Source: a virus | Lineage: Duplodnaviria > Caudoviricetes | Length of the DNA: 49,996 nt | Virus record (IMG/VR): IMGVR_UViG_3300020045_001042 | Location: 1-49,996 of that record | Reading direction: 5' to 3' (one strand) | In this document: one piece after another, positions 49,570-49,996 of the stretch | Layout: each line of letters opens with the position of its first letter | Position numbering within the stretch: the stretch's first letter is position 1 | Program-made: the position numbers and the translations under genes | The notes under the pieces: model-generated | Database searches by the model: none | The model's input: only the letters and a program-made list of their open reading frames with translations | Told to the model about the DNA's origin: nothing

Positions 49570-49690
49570 CACGACAGGACAAATAGAGTACGCTGATCTA
49601 TGTACTAACTGTCTTAAGCAATCTGATCTCTCGATGTTTAATGTAATTGATAGATGTCCTAATTACAAAGACTACCAAGAAGATGAATAA
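49457..49690 (+). CDS. Small Zn-binding hypothetical protein
   Basis: CKACN...LCTNC; coupled to the primase start (TAATG). Confidence 0.55.
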   Translation: MSRCKACNQKLQNHELIRQLQKVPPHLSGQQHQKLSSSTTGQIEYADLCTNCLKQSDLSMFNVIDRCPNYKDYQEDE

Positions 49691-49996
49691 TGGAATCACA
49701 TCTAATACGCCACGAACAATGTCCAAGATGTAAAAGTGAAGGCCGAGATACTAGTAAAAATAATCTTGCTATATACTCGGATGGACATAAGTTCTGTTAT
49801 TCTTGTCGATATGTTGAACATGCTAACAAGATTACATCGTTTAAAAACAAGGAAACGACTAGAGACGAAGCACCTACAGTGGTACTTCCTTTAGACAGCA
49901 CGACACAATTACCAAGAGTAGCTACTGAGTGGCTGGAACGATATGAATTTGACCATAACACCATAAACAATAACCATATTATGTGGTCAGATAAGT
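49690..49996 (+). CDS. DNA primase, N-terminal Zn-binding domain (continues in frame into 1..549)
   Basis: ATG 49690: MESHLIRHEQCPRCKSEGRDTSKNNLAIYSDGHKFCYSC, a T7-type primase Zn ribbon (CPxC...Y.DGH.FC..C); in frame with ORF 4..549 through the overlap. Confidence 0.85.
   Translation, partial: MESHLIRHEQCPRCKSEGRDTSKNNLAIYSDGHKFCYSCRYVEHANKITSFKNKETTRDEAPTVVLPLDSTTQLPRVATEWLERYEFDHNTINNNHIMWSDK
49876..49996. repeat. Terminal overlap of circular assembly (copy 2)
   Basis: Identical to 1-121. Confidence 0.95.

Noticed and set aside
1-49996. CRISPR array, integrase, diversity-generating retroelement or phage RNA polymerase
   Set aside because: No spaced repeats, recombinase, reverse transcriptase or RNA polymerase motifs were recognised

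Overview
The window is a complete, circularly assembled tailed-phage genome. Positions 1-121 repeat exactly at 49876-49996, so the unit length is 49,875 bp. It has a podovirus-like layout. The + strand carries a replication and nucleotide-metabolism arm: primase across the assembly junction, SF4 helicase, split family-A DNA polymerase, HNH nuclease, 5'-3' exonuclease, endonuclease I-like resolvase, MazG, ThyX and a class II ribonucleotide reductase (RNR). The - strand carries a morphogenesis and lysis arm: terminases, portal, GroES, scaffold, capsid, P22 gp4/gp10-like tail proteins, tail appendages, ejection proteins and lysozyme. A + strand early/middle arm has two tRNA-like genes and a phiEco32/LUZ24-type amidoligase/amidotransferase/ATP-grasp cluster. 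No integrase, repressor or RNA polymerase was recognised; consensus sigma70 promoters are present. Two group I introns with LAGLIDADG ORFs interrupt the RNR and large terminase genes. The most striking observation is that two essential active-site motifs carry tiny insertions that obey group I splice rules (U before, G last). One is a single extra G at 10675 in the RNR N-x-C-x-E loop, whose flanks pair over 9 consecutive positions with the guide sequence of the neighbouring intron. The other is a 6-nt stop-containing insert at 4053-4058 in polymerase motif A. These suggest ribozyme-excised micro-introns. All calls come from manual reading, with no database searches.
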